Assembly: GCA_030167865.1 (NCBI GenBank)
Contig: JALAGF010000911.1
Coordinates: forward strand, 50,721-70,720
Length of the DNA stretch: 20,000 nt
Direction: 5' to 3'
Source: Craspedostauros australis
Taxonomy: Eukaryota
The notes beneath the pieces are model-generated. The model saw only the letters and a list, made by a program, of their open reading frames with translations. It was not told the origin of the DNA and ran no database searches. This document shows positions 1 through 11,267 of this stretch, piece by piece (positions within the stretch are counted from its first letter, which is position 1; each line of letters opens with the position of its first letter). The position numbers and the translations under genes are program-made.

Positions 1-62
1 TTTCTCGAACACCAGTGCTGTAACCACATCCACAATCACAATCACAATCGCCAGACACAGAC

Positions 63-2176
63 ATGACGTGCGATCCAACCAGCATGGGCGCAGCCGCCTG
101 CGACGACCTGATACGGGAGTACATCCACATCGACGATGATCCGCAACCCATCCTGGACAAAGACTCGCCTATTTTTAGTGAATTTGGCACCAGCAATTCG
201 TACGATGACTTGGACGATGATGGCCGCTTCAGCTCCATGGAGTACGGAGCTTCGGAAGGGGTCGAGCAAGGTTATGGCCATGGCAACAAGACGAGCGAGC
301 ACGGGGACACGATAGATGACACCTTCTACTCCGAGCCCACCTACGGCAGCAACGGGGTCATCAAGAGCGTCGAGCCCCAGCCCGAACGCGGCGGACGTCG
401 TCGCAAGTTTGCCTTCCTGTGGCTCCTTGTCGTGGGCGCCATCATCGGTGGAGCATTCGCCATTGCGGCCAGAGCAAGGAGGGAGGACGATGATGCACCT
501 GACACGACCGGCAACGAAGCCGTGCAGCAGGATCGCGACATCATCATCACGGCAAGCCCAACTTCCGCGCCTGTTCAGAAGGAGGAGGAGACAGCTGAGC
601 CAACCGCAATGCCAAGCGCAGCAACTGGCGCACCAACTGTGAGTCCCATTGAGGGCACCACGCATGTGAGTCCTGATATTTGATACTCTGCTCACAAACT
701 GCCGCAGACGCAAGCGCAATGCCATGCAATGCAATGCAAACTGCGTGCTTGAGGGGCGACACTTTGCGAGCATAGCCCATCTTGCGGAGAGCATCGGAGA
801 GTTGGAAACAACAGAACAATCCTCATCATTCATCGCTCTTCATTTGTCACTCACACCGTCTCAATCCACATTTGTAGCCGACTCTGCGGCCCACTCTTTC
901 ACCAACTTCGCAACCATCTCCGACACCAATGTCACAAACAACTTCACAACCGACTTCACAACCAACCTCGCAGCCGACGTCTCAGCCGACGTCTCAGCCA
1001 ACGCTGAATCCGAGCTCGAAACTGACCTCTGCACCAACAGAACAGCAAGTCCTCTCGACGTCTTCGCCAACAGCCGCTCCATCAAAGGCAACACCGGTGC
1101 CAACGACGGAACCAACGTCTTTCCCAACGCGCTCTGGTTCCAGAATCACCGTGGGTGTGTACTACTACGCGAATTACGGTCAGAATGGTCTCTTCACGCC
1201 AGACGACTACTTGAGGGATAGCATTGGCCAACGGCCGACGCTGGGCGATTACAGCAGCAACGATCCTGAAACCGTCAGACGGCATCTTGAGTGGAGCCGC
1301 AAGGCCAACATCGGCCTCTGGGTCACGTCGTACCGTGGTGAAGGAACCCCGGAGGATGTGGCACTGCAGCAAACCATCTTGAAGCATGAGAACCTCCGCG
1401 ACATGCGGATTGCCCTGATGTACGAATCGATGGAACGAGTGAAGGCGTCCGAGGGATACACCACGCAGCGTGTCAAGAATGACATGCAGTACATGTGCGA
1501 CAACTACTTCAACCGTGCAAACTATTACCGCATCGATGGCCGGCCGATCGTCGTCATCGCCCTCACCAGAGTTCTGGAACGTCACGAGGCGCTGGCTGAT
1601 GTGATCTCGATCATGCGATCCATCGATGGCTGCGACCCCTACCTCATCGGCGATCATGCCTTCCAGCTGGCTCCGGATATCGGCCACCAATCCGTAGCAT
1701 TCGACTCCCTGGACGCCATCACGAACCATGACGTGTACGGTGGCATGATGACTGTGGATAACTACGTTGGCGAGGACACCATTGAGAACTACTACTTGGA
1801 GCAGTCCAATTGGAAGCTGCACACTGTGCTGAGCAAGATCGGCTTCATCCCGTCCGTCACGCCCGGCTTCAACAACCGCGCATTCGACCCGCAGTCTTCC
1901 CTCACGCCCATGGCACGCAAGCTGACTTCCCTCTCGGACTCTGGCAGCACGTTCCGTTTCGCGCTGGGAGAAGCCCGGCGGCAGGTGACACAAGGCACCA
2001 ACAACCTCCTGCTGGTCAACTCTTTCAATCATTGGATCGACGACACGCAGATCGAGCCGGTCACCGGCGCGCCGTTATCGGGTGTCGAAAGCTTGACGCA
2101 GGGGATCGACTACGAGGCGTACCGCGAGCAGTACTTGAACATTCTGAATGAACGCACGGAAGGGCAGATGCGTTGA
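63..2176 (+). CDS. GH99-like type II membrane protein, copy 1 (2 exons: 63..638 or 63..665, then 878..2176; 624 or 633 aa), catalytic motif altered
   Basis: Exon 1 encodes an acidic tail, RRRK and a TM segment (FAFLWLLVVGAIIGGAFAIAA). GTGAGT donors at 639 and 666 are both phase 0. A CTCAC branch-like site at 850 and a TAG acceptor at 875-877 join in frame to the PTSQ-repeat stalk. The catalytic domain follows (VGVYYY, PTLGDYSS, HLEWSRKANIGLWVTS, IDGRP, PGFNN, NSFNHWIDDTQIEP). Confidence 0.85.
639..877 (+). other. Intron of copy 1 (donor at 639, alternatively 666)
   Basis: GTGAGT...CTCAC...TTTGTAG; removal joins ORFs 63..683 and 929..2176 in phase 0. Confidence 0.7.
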
Positions 2177-2969
2177 AAAACGAATCAATCGGGAAGAGGA
2201 GGGGAGGGAAGGGAATTGCATGTGCTTCTTTTGTTTTGAAGTGAAGGATTGAATTTGTAATGCATTGTCCTACTACTACAAATACCAACAGTAGAATAGG
2301 CACACCATTGAAACAACAACAACAACCAATGTCACCCGCGATGGAATACTCCCCTCCAGAGTGCTATCGGCATGGCACCGTACCTATTTTATTTCATCCC
2401 GCCAAGTGAGGACACCACGGAACATCATTGGATGTTTGGACCCTGAGTGAAGCGTTTTCCCATGTGTTCGGATGGTGTGAAGTGGAGCATTGTGCGTAGT
2501 CGAGCTGCGTGTGTGATGATACCAAATGATGAACACAACGGGTTCCATTGGCAAAAAATGCGAAGAGATGACAACCAATGATGATTCATGCGAAGTCGCC
2601 CTTGTGGCTTTGCGGTCGGTTGGGGTCGTGTATAATAGCTGCTGCCTTAATTAGATTCGTCGCCATGGCGCCCATCGAGAGACAGGTGGTCATAATTTTG
2701 GTGACAAATTTGTGAACATCCATGTGGAACATGGCGACGATTGTGGATGTGATCAATGGCCGTTGAAGATGGCGGCGTGCGCAGTGGTGGCGATTGTGTG
2801 AGCAGAGCAGAGCGCAGTGGAAGAGAGTGAGGTGGGGCAGAGTGCTCACCCTCACACTCACACTCATACTCACACTCAACCATTGGATACTCTGCTCTAA
2901 TCCATTGGAATAACAGAGCAACATACTACTCTAGTGGTACTATACTCTGCCTCATTGAACATCACCACG

Positions 2970-5207
2970 ATGGCGTCGTTCTCGTTCTTCTCCCAATCGG
3001 AAGATGGCTTGAATTCTCCCAACGCCAACTCGCACAACGACGAGGAGGAGGGTCGCGGCATGCACATTCACTATGATGCGGCCGAGATTGTGAGGATCCG
3101 CAATGGCGCATCGGCATTCGAAGAAGACGAATGGAGCCGCGAAGATGGTGCTCCCAGCTTCGACGACCGCAGTGAAACCAACGTGGCCATCGAAACGACC
3201 ATCGCCAAGCCCAATCCCAACGACATCTCCTGCGATACGTACGTGATGTACGCCAAGCATGTTCCTGACGATGATGATAAGAGCGAAGGCGACATCGTTT
3301 GCGGGTTCTTCTGTTGCTGCTGCACGTCGAGGTTCCTCAAATGGATGCTTCTCGTCCTGCTTCTGGCAGCAATCGCCACGGGGGTCACCGTCGGTGTGCT
3401 GCATCGTCGGAACTCGGTTTCTAAAACCACAGTCGCTGGGGCAAGGGGCGGCATCGAAGAGCCAGCGGGAGAGGATAACAGCAACACTGACAGCAATGGC
3501 AGTAATGACAACGATAACGTTGGTGGCATTGACACCAACACTGACAATAGTGACAATGAGGGAGAGGGGAATGGGGAAGATGGTGCCAATGATGGCAAGG
3601 GGGAGGGGAAAGACAAGGATCCCGACGACGCAAACACCGATCAGCCAACATTGAGCCCTACGAGCACGGGCACAACAAGTTCTGGTTCGCGGGAAGTGTC
3701 ATCCGTTCCAACAAGTGCCCCAACAAATAATCCAACGGCGTTGCCAACCAGCAATCCGACGACGATGCCAACGAAGCGACCGACAACGAGTCCAACCAGT
3801 CAACCGACGGCCACACCAACGCAGCGGCCAACATCCATGCCAACGAGTTCACCCACCACGAGGCCAACCAGTCAACCGACGGCCACACCAACGCAGCGGC
3901 CAACATCCATGCCAACGAGTTCACCCACCACGAGGCCGACGGCTTTCAAATCGTCCGGGGCGGAGCTAACCGTCGGCGTGTACTACTACCCCTGGCATGG
4001 CAACAACTTTCATGGCAGACGCTACTTGCGACAATACTTGCAACCTCGGCATTTTCCTGAGCTGGGCGAGTACGACGACTCCAAACCGGAGACCGTCACG
4101 CAGCATCTCAAATGGAGCCGGCAGGCTAACGTCAATCTGTGGGTCACCAGCTGGTGGGGTCCCGACAGCCGCGAAGATAAGACGACGAAGGACGTCATTT
4201 TGCCGCACGAGGATCTGGGGGATATGAAGATCGCCTTGCATTACGAGACGACCGGCCGCATGAAGGACAACCTGGGTGGGTACAACACGGACAGGGCCTT
4301 CGATGATATCATCTACATGTGCGACAACTACTTCTCCCATCCCAACTACTACCACATCGATGGCCGCCCGGTCCTCGTCCTCTACATCACGCGATGGGTC
4401 GAGAACCGGGGGTTGCTCTCCGAATTGATCAGCCAGATGCGGGCGGCCGGGGAGTACTGCGGCACGGGTGTCTACCTCATCGGCGATCACGTCTTCAACT
4501 CGCCACCTCCGTCGGACGGACCCTACTTGCCCCTTCTCTACCTCGACGGCGTCACCAATTACGACGTCTACGGCGCCATGCGCAGTCCAACGTACTATGC
4601 TGGCGAAGATGTCGTCAACGCCTACTTTGACGTGCAGAACCAATGGCGCACGCGAGCCCGCGAACACAACTGCGCCTACATTCCGGCCGTCAGTCCTGGC
4701 TTCAATGACAGAGGCGTGCGGTTGGAGGTGGATCATCAGCCGCTGTCGAGGCGGTTGACGCCAGATTCCGAGCCAGGCAGCCTCTTCCGGTACGCATTGC
4801 GGAAGGCGAGACACACGGTCGATGAGACTTCGGACAACTTGATTCTGATCAACTCTTTCAATGGTGAGTCTCGATGGGCTTTGTTGGTTTCAATGTCTTC
4901 GGTGTCGTGTGGAATCGTCTGCTTGTGTGGATAGATAGTACTTTCTTCTATTGTTTGCTACGTCACACAACAGGTAATACGTATGACTGCATACTCACAC
5001 ATAATGGACATTCATTGATATCTTGGCCTTGCACACGTCCTGTTTTCTCCTATTTTTGCAGAATGGCATGAGGACAGTCAGATCGAGCCTGTTGCCGTTG
5101 GTCCAGCCAGCGCCAGCGAACCATTCGACATGACAAAGGGTGTTGAGTACGAGGCTTATGGAGAGCTGTACTTGAACATCTTGCGTGACGAGACGGTGAC
5201 TGAATAA
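2970..5207 (+). CDS. GH99-like type II membrane protein, copy 2 (exons 2970..4863 and 5062..5207; 679 aa)
   Basis: ATG at 2970, long acidic tail, Cys cluster, TM (WMLLVLLLAAIATGVTVGVL), D/N/G-rich then PTxx stalk. Motifs YYYPWHG, PELGEYDDS, TSWWG, YFSHPNYYHIDGRP, PGFNDRG. Splicing G|AA restores NSFNEWHEDSQIEP. Stop TAA at 5205-5207. Confidence 0.92.
3792..3935 (+). repeat. Perfect 72-bp tandem duplication in the copy 2 stalk (PTSQPTATPTQRPTSMPTSSPTTR x2)
   Basis: 3792-3863 and 3864-3935 are identical, including third codon positions. Confidence 0.95.
4864..5061 (+). other. Phase-1 intron of copy 2 (198 nt)
   Basis: AATG|GTGAGT...TATTTTTGCAG|AATGGCATGAGGAC. Confidence 0.92.
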
Positions 5208-5497
5208 ACCAGCATCGCCATGGTCATTTGCAGAAGTCATGTCCATGTCGATGCCCATGCAGTTTGAGTGTGATGCAACCCAGCAAAGTGTTTTGATGGA
5301 TCCACATTTGTCCGAGACTTCGTGATGCGTCCACTCCGTCATTCGCAGGAAATGGCCCGAAGACCGTGAAGACCGTGAAGACGATACCTCAATTCAGTTG
5401 GGCCTCATGGAGTCTTCTGAACTCAAGTACTCTCCTTGCATAGTACTAGTCCGCATTCCATTAGACTGGCTACTCGCCTATCGAAATCATCATCTAC

Positions 5498-7022
5498 TCA
5501 CATGTCAAAGCAAGCTCCATCAGGCACCGTGCAAGATCGGAGAATGTCGAGGTACAGTTCTCCGTATCCATCGTAGGAGATACCGCGGGTGACGGATCCG
5601 GGCGAGGTTGTCACTTCGCCAGATGTCGGTTCAATCTGGGTATCCTCATGCCATTCTACTAGTATCAATGTCCACAACGTGTTGTGTTGGCAGTATTGAA
5701 AAGAGACGGCAATAGTCGTAGAACAGATTCGAGTGATGTGGAGTGGCGTAGAGTATGGTACATACACGCGCAGCACGCAAGAGCCGTTTGGTGAGAGACT
5801 GTGCGAGAAAGGAGACATGCCATACCATGCACACTGTTCCATTGCTTCGCACAACGAACTTACCGTTGAATGAATTGATCATGAGAATGTTGTTTGCGGT
5901 CGAATCCGCCAGCTTCGTGGCTCTCGACAGTGTGGCACGGAACAAGCTCCCCTCCTCCATCTGCGCCGTGAGACGACGGGACAGCGGATGATGGTCTGCA
6001 TCTGGCCGTACACCGAGATCGTTGAATCCTGGAGATGCCGCCGGAATGTAGCTGCAATTGTGCGCCAGCGCTTGTGCCTTCCACTGCAGCTGTCTGTCGT
6101 AGTACTTGTCCAGGGCTTCCAAGCCGGCGTACGATTCTTGGTAGGTCATGCCACCGTAGACATCGTACGTCGTAACCGCATCCAGGATGTTGAATGGACC
6201 GTATTCCCCATCCTCCGAAGGTGGAGCGCGGAATGTGTGGTCGCCGACGATGTAGATCTTCTTACCGCATGCTTCTGTCACGCCAGCTCTCATCTCATCA
6301 ACGACTGTTGACAGCTTGTCCACTCGCCACAGCACGCGTGATAGGTAGACGAAGAGGACTGGCCTGCCATCGATCGTGAGGTAGTTGGGATGATCGAAGT
6401 ACTCGGCGCACATGAATTTCAAGTCAGGACGGATGCGCTGCGTGCTGTAGTCCTCCGACTTCTTCACACGGTTGGTGGTCTCGTAGAACAGAGCGATCTT
6501 GTGATCTTGCAGATCTTCGTGCGCCAGAATGGTGTTGCGTATCGTGGTGTCTTCTCGCTCTCCTTCGCCCCACCAACTCGTCACCCAGAGCCCGATGTTT
6601 GCCTGCCGACTCCAGACAAGGTGCTGCGTCACGGTCTCGGGCTTCGAGTCATCGTATTCGCCCAGTGTGGGTGCTTGGAGGGGGTCCAGCTGTTCGCGCA
6701 GGTATCCCTGACCGCGATGGAAATCATCCGAATGCCAGGGGTAGTAGTAGGCGCCGACGAGTATGTCGGGCGAGATCGTCGCGTTCCATCTGAAGTTGTC
6801 CAACCAGGCCTCAATGCTATCGGCGCGCTTCTGATTCCTCGCTTCAACGTCGACATCTTCAACTCTCTTGCCGCTGGCTTCGGCGGCCGCGGTGTTGCGT
6901 TGAGTCACGACGTAGGCAGCTACCGACCCGAAGATCACCACGCATACCATCAGGGTGACCCCCGACCAAAACAACCGCTTGCGACCGCTCTTGCGCTCGT
7001 GACTTCCCATGGCACCCAACAT
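5498..7022 (-). CDS. GH99-like type II membrane protein, copy 3 (exons 7022..5864 and 5655..5498; 438 aa; very short stalk)
   Basis: ATG at 7022 gives MLGAMGSHERKSGRKR, which aligns with the N-termini of copies 4 and 5. TM segment, YYYPWH, PTLGEYDDS, TSWWG, YFDHPNYLTIDGRP, PGFNDLG, spliced NSFNEWHEDTQIEP. Confidence 0.9.
5656..5863 (-). other. Phase-1 intron of copy 3 (208 nt) with TAGTAG tandem acceptor
   Basis: Minus strand AACG|GTAAGT...ATACTAGTAG|AATGGCATGAG. Confidence 0.88.
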
Positions 7023-7582
7023 GTTGCAGTCGTTCTCAGAAAGTCTCTTCACTTGCTGGCTTCTTCGCTTGATACCCAGCTCGTTTGGTTGCTTGTGCGA
7101 TGTTTTCCTGTCCTGTTCTTGTCACAAAAATGTGACGATCCGGGATTTCTCACGCTGGTGAACAATGGGAGAAATGGAACGATTTTGTCGACGCGTGTCC
7201 GCACATCCACGATCATGTCGCAGAGTTTCTCTTTTCTTCGAATGCGATCAGTTTGGCGAAAGAACAAGTGTCATTGAGACATATACCGTTATTTAGCGTT
7301 ATTTCGGCGCCATTTCCTTTGCGTTTCATGTCTGAGTCGTGGATCGTCTCAATCATGAGTGTGTTTTTCTTCACTCACAAAATCGAGGCAGCGGAAACAC
7401 TTTTCGATCTGTTGTGCCGAAGTCACACCTCCCGACTCTTCATGGGCATGGTGCAAGGACGACGGAATAGAGTAAGTAAAGCACTGTGCTTCTATGTGCT
7501 TTTATTTTCTAAATTGTATGGTATATCACCAACCATTCTCAATTCGGCGGGACTGTTCTATGGTGCGATTCTATTCCTCTCT

Positions 7583-10111
7583 TCAGTACGTTGTCGACGG
7601 CGTCGACGAATTGAAGCACGTTGAGCCACCCAACGTGCACTCTCGGAGGATGTCAAGGTACAGCTCTCCGTACCCGTCGTATTCGATGCCACGGGTGAGT
7701 TCGAAAGGCGATGTGGTCACATTTCCGGCCGTTGGTTCGATCTGGGTATCCTCATGCCATTCTGTGGTTGTCGTGGCCATCGTTGTTGTTGTTGTTGGTG
7801 GTGGTGGTGGTGTGCGAATGAGCAGAGCAAGGCAGATTTTGCAGTTGAGAAGCTGTGGACACAAACCGAACGCGGCAAGCAGACAAGTAGATCAAGCACA
7901 TGCTTGTGCATCAGCCAAGCGCTCGTTCGTTTCCGCCAATCCATGTACATACGCAGGGTTACACTTACCATTGAATGAATTGACCATGAGGATGTGCTTC
8001 GATGCCTTATTCGTCATCTTCATGGCCCTCGAAAGGGCAGCGCGGAGCAGGGTGCCCTCGTCCATCTCTGGAGTGAGACGGCGTGACAGTGGCGGATGGG
8101 CGGCTTCGAGCCGGACACCCAGGTCGTTGAATCCTGGAGTCACGCCGGGGATGTAAGTGCAGTTGTGCGTATCGGCCAACGCCATCCACCTCAGCTGCCT
8201 GATGTAGTACTTGTCGACATTCTTGATGCCGGCGTAGTACTCCTGTTGAGTCATGCCGCCGTAGACGTCGTATGACGTTGCAGCATCCAGGATGTTGAAC
8301 GCGCCGTATTCCAAGTAAAGCAACGGCGGTCCGCGGAAGGTGTGGTCGCCGACGACGTACAGGTCTTTGCCGCATTTGGCCTTGACGGTTTCTTTCATCT
8401 TGGCAACGACGGCCCCGAGGGCTCCAACCTGCCACAGCACTCGGCTGAGGTAGATGAAGAGCACGGGCCGGTCGTCGATCGTGAGGTAGTTGGGGTGGTC
8501 GAAGAAGTTCTCGCACATGAACTCCATGTCGGGACCGACACGCTGGATGGTGTAGTTCTCTGCGTGCTTCACGCGGCTTGTGGTTTCGTAGAGGAGAGAG
8601 ATCTTGTGATCCCCGAGGTCTTCGTGAGGGAGGATGGTGTTGCGGATGGTCCAATCGTCGCGTCCACCTTCGCCCCACCAGCTGGTAACCCACAGCCCGA
8701 TGTTCGCCTGCCGACTCCACGCAAGGTGCTGCGCCACGGTCTCGGGCTTGGAGTCGTCGTACTCACCCAGCGTGGGGAGTTGGATTGGATCCAGCTGGTG
8801 GCGCAAGTAAGTCTGGCCGTAGTGGAAGTTGTCCCCGTGCCACGGATAGTAGTATGCGCCAACCAACATGTCGGGTGAGATGGTGGTATCCCAGTTAAAA
8901 TTCTTCAAGAAGTTCTCAACTTTCTCCCCGCGCGCCCGATTCTCTTCGGTATTGGGATTGTTGTTTCCATTGCTGTTGCCATCGTTTTCTCCTCCAGCAC
9001 CATTGGAATCGTCGACAGCATCATCAGCATCGTCAGCATCGGTTGCATCGTTTGCATCATCGACGTCGTTTTCATCTGTGTCATTGGCATCGCTGGTATC
9101 ATCGACATCTTCGTCAGCATCGGCATCTTCGTCAGCATCTGTTGTGTTGTTGGCGGCATCCACATCTTCGTCCGCGTCTGTTGTATTGTTGGCATCATCG
9201 ATGTCGACGTCGGTAGTGTTGGCACCGTCGGTATCGGTTGCGTTGTTGGCATCATCGACATCCACGTCGGTAGTGTTGTTACTGTCTGTGTTAGTTGTGT
9301 TGGTGCCATCGACGTCCACATCGGTAGTGTTGGCACCGTCTGCGTCAGTTGTGTTGGTGCCATCGATGTCCGCATCGGTAGTGTTGGCACCGTCGGTATC
9401 GGTTGTGTTGTTGGCATCATCGATGTCGACGTCGGTAGTGTTGGCACCATCGATATCGGTTGCGTTGTTGGCACCATCGATATCTTCGTCGGAATCAGTA
9501 GAGTTGTTGGCACCGTTGGTATCATCGCCAGCATCGATGTCTTCGTCAGCGTCAGTAGAGTTGCTGGAGCCATTGGTATCATCAACAGCATCGCTGTCTT
9601 CGTCAGTATTGTCCGTGACGCCCGAACCATCCATGCTGTTGATAATCTCATCTGTGTCTTCGTCTTCATCTTTGTCGTCGGTGTTGCCATTGCTACCATC
9701 GTTGACATCATCCGCATCACTTCCGCCATCACTTCCGCTGTCACCGTTGTTGCCGTCAGTACCGTCCTCCGTTCCAGAGCCATCCGTGCTGTTCTTGGTA
9801 CCATCTTCATCAGTATCCTCAACGTCGCCACTGGCACCGCCATTGGCATCATCAACAACCACCTCATCTGTGGTGCTGTCGTTTCCTGTATCGCCATTAA
9901 TGTCCACGCCAGGGATATCCCTGGCGACGCTCTCGATGTCATTGTCATCCAGAACAACATCGGCAAGAGAACCCTTTCCGTTATCTTGCTGCGACACCAC
10001 GATGCCGGCGACCACTCCGATGAGCACAATTAAAACCACCAGGATGAGAGCCAAACAAAGCACCCCCCTGCGCTTAGTTCTGCGTTCGTCGCCTCCGACC
10101 GGACCTGCCAT
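7583..10111 (-). CDS. GH99-like type II membrane protein, copy 4 (exons 10111..7969 and 7761..7583; 773 aa; long Asp/Asn/Thr-rich stalk)
   Basis: MAGPVGGDERRTKRR, TM segment, ~350-aa acidic repeat stalk, YYYPWHGD, PTLGEYDDS, TSWWG, PGFNDLG, spliced NSFNEWHEDTQIEP; TGA at 7585-7583. Confidence 0.92.
7762..7968 (-). other. Phase-1 intron of copy 4 (207 nt) containing a (CAC)n(CAA)n microsatellite
   Basis: Minus strand AATG|GTAAGT...CCACAG|AATGGCATGAG; GTT/GGT triplet run at ~7782-7812 on +. Confidence 0.9.
9050..9600 (-). repeat. Degenerate coding tandem repeats (DxDGANTT / DxDxDDANNTT) in the copy 4 stalk
   Basis: Recurring blocks such as GTTGGCATCATCGATGTCGACGTCGGTAGTGTTGGCACC (~9188 and ~9410) and repeated NxT peptides in the translation. 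Confidence 0.85.
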
Positions 10112-11267
10112 CTTACTTTGCTTGTTTGGTGTTGTGCTGTTGTTGATGAGGTTCTTGGTTGTGATGAATTATGATCTCATCTCGTCGTTTGTGTTTCCGT
10201 TCGGTCGGTTTGTGCCAGTTTGGTTGACTATGCCAGTGATGCAAACGCGCTGTGGCGTCGATTAGTAGTAGCTGTGGCATCGATTGACCGGTCCTCCAAT
10301 GGACCAAAAAGACAACGGAATGAGAATAATTGTGGAGTGTGGTACTTTGTGCCAGCAGCCACGACCAGGGATGGGACGAGAATTTGGGCGAGGTGAGTGA
10401 GGCAAGTTTCATCATTGGTTCTCCTCTGTGCCAAACTTGTGATGATGGTGGTGCTGGTTGGATCCAAGAGAGAATTTGTCTTTGTGATGGACGTTCTGAG
10501 AAACGGAGTTGCAAAATGAGAGAACAGACGTGGATGATTGTGTGGTGGCGGTGGATTGGAAGATTGAGCAAACTGCCGGACCAATCACAGATCTTTAATA
10601 TCCACGACTACTCGCCTCGATTGACGTGTTGGGCATACCAACCAACACGCCTGCGCACGATCCAGATCGTGCGAACTTTCGGTTGGATCTTGCCTTGCCT
10701 AAGTAGTGTTGGACTGATCGCAAGTGCTTACGTCATCTGTCCGTTGTTGAATTATGTCGTCAAATCGACTTCCTCTGTTTGGTTCCTCACGTGTTAATCG
10801 CGCCGATTTGAACACGAGCTGTAGTCCCTGTACGCACTCAATAGCGCTTTGGAGGACCTTGGAGAACTCTGGCGAAGCTTTTTGAAAACAAACATAGCAA
10901 CGACATTTACACTGGGTTAAGTGGACGATTTGTATTCCAACTCCGTCGTTTTCATCGTAACGGCTATATCGGATCCCACGAAGTCACGACTGACATGACC
11001 AGGTCAGCTGAGTCATGAATTTCTGAGTCATGGATATCATGTCAATGGCCTGTACGTCGACCTGTCACAGAACTCATACGGCACATTCTCCTCTTCTGCG
11101 ACGAGTATGCCCGTAAGATCTTCATCGAACTCGGCGAGACTATTCGAATACGAGTTACGAGGTAAGAATAGCGTTGTACTATACACAACATACACTCTGC
11201 TCTGCATTGGATTAGAGTGACGGGAGTGTTGCTGCATTTGTATTTGTCCTGTGGCAGAGTGCGGGGC

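Noticed and set aside
2845-2950. (CTCACA)n run, two ATTGG boxes and recurring ATACTCTGC upstream of copy 2
   Set aside because: Plausible promoter sequence, but ATACTCTGC also occurs in the copy 1 intron and in opposite orientation relative to copy 5; not distinguishable from low-complexity chance.
4864-4934. Hydrophobic C-terminus of ORF 2934..4934 as a second TM or GPI signal
   Set aside because: It is intron read-through; the real C-terminus is exon 5062..5207.
5359-5382. GAAGACCGT x2.7 repeat between the convergent genes
   Set aside because: Short simple tandem repeat with no structural or functional support.
7023-7052. GTG start for copy 3 (likewise the GTG at 2934 and TTG at 13492)
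   Set aside because: Eukaryotic locus; downstream ATGs (7022, 2970, 13534) are more plausible, and 7022 aligns with the paralog N-termini.
8868-10265. 465-aa + strand Ser/Val/Leu-rich ORF
   Set aside because: Antisense shadow of the repetitive D/N/T codons of copy 4; no independent motif.
11040-11165. Short protein-like stretch in the intergenic region between copies 5 and 4
   Set aside because: About 40 codons with no recognisable motif or convincing start and splice context; needs a homology search.
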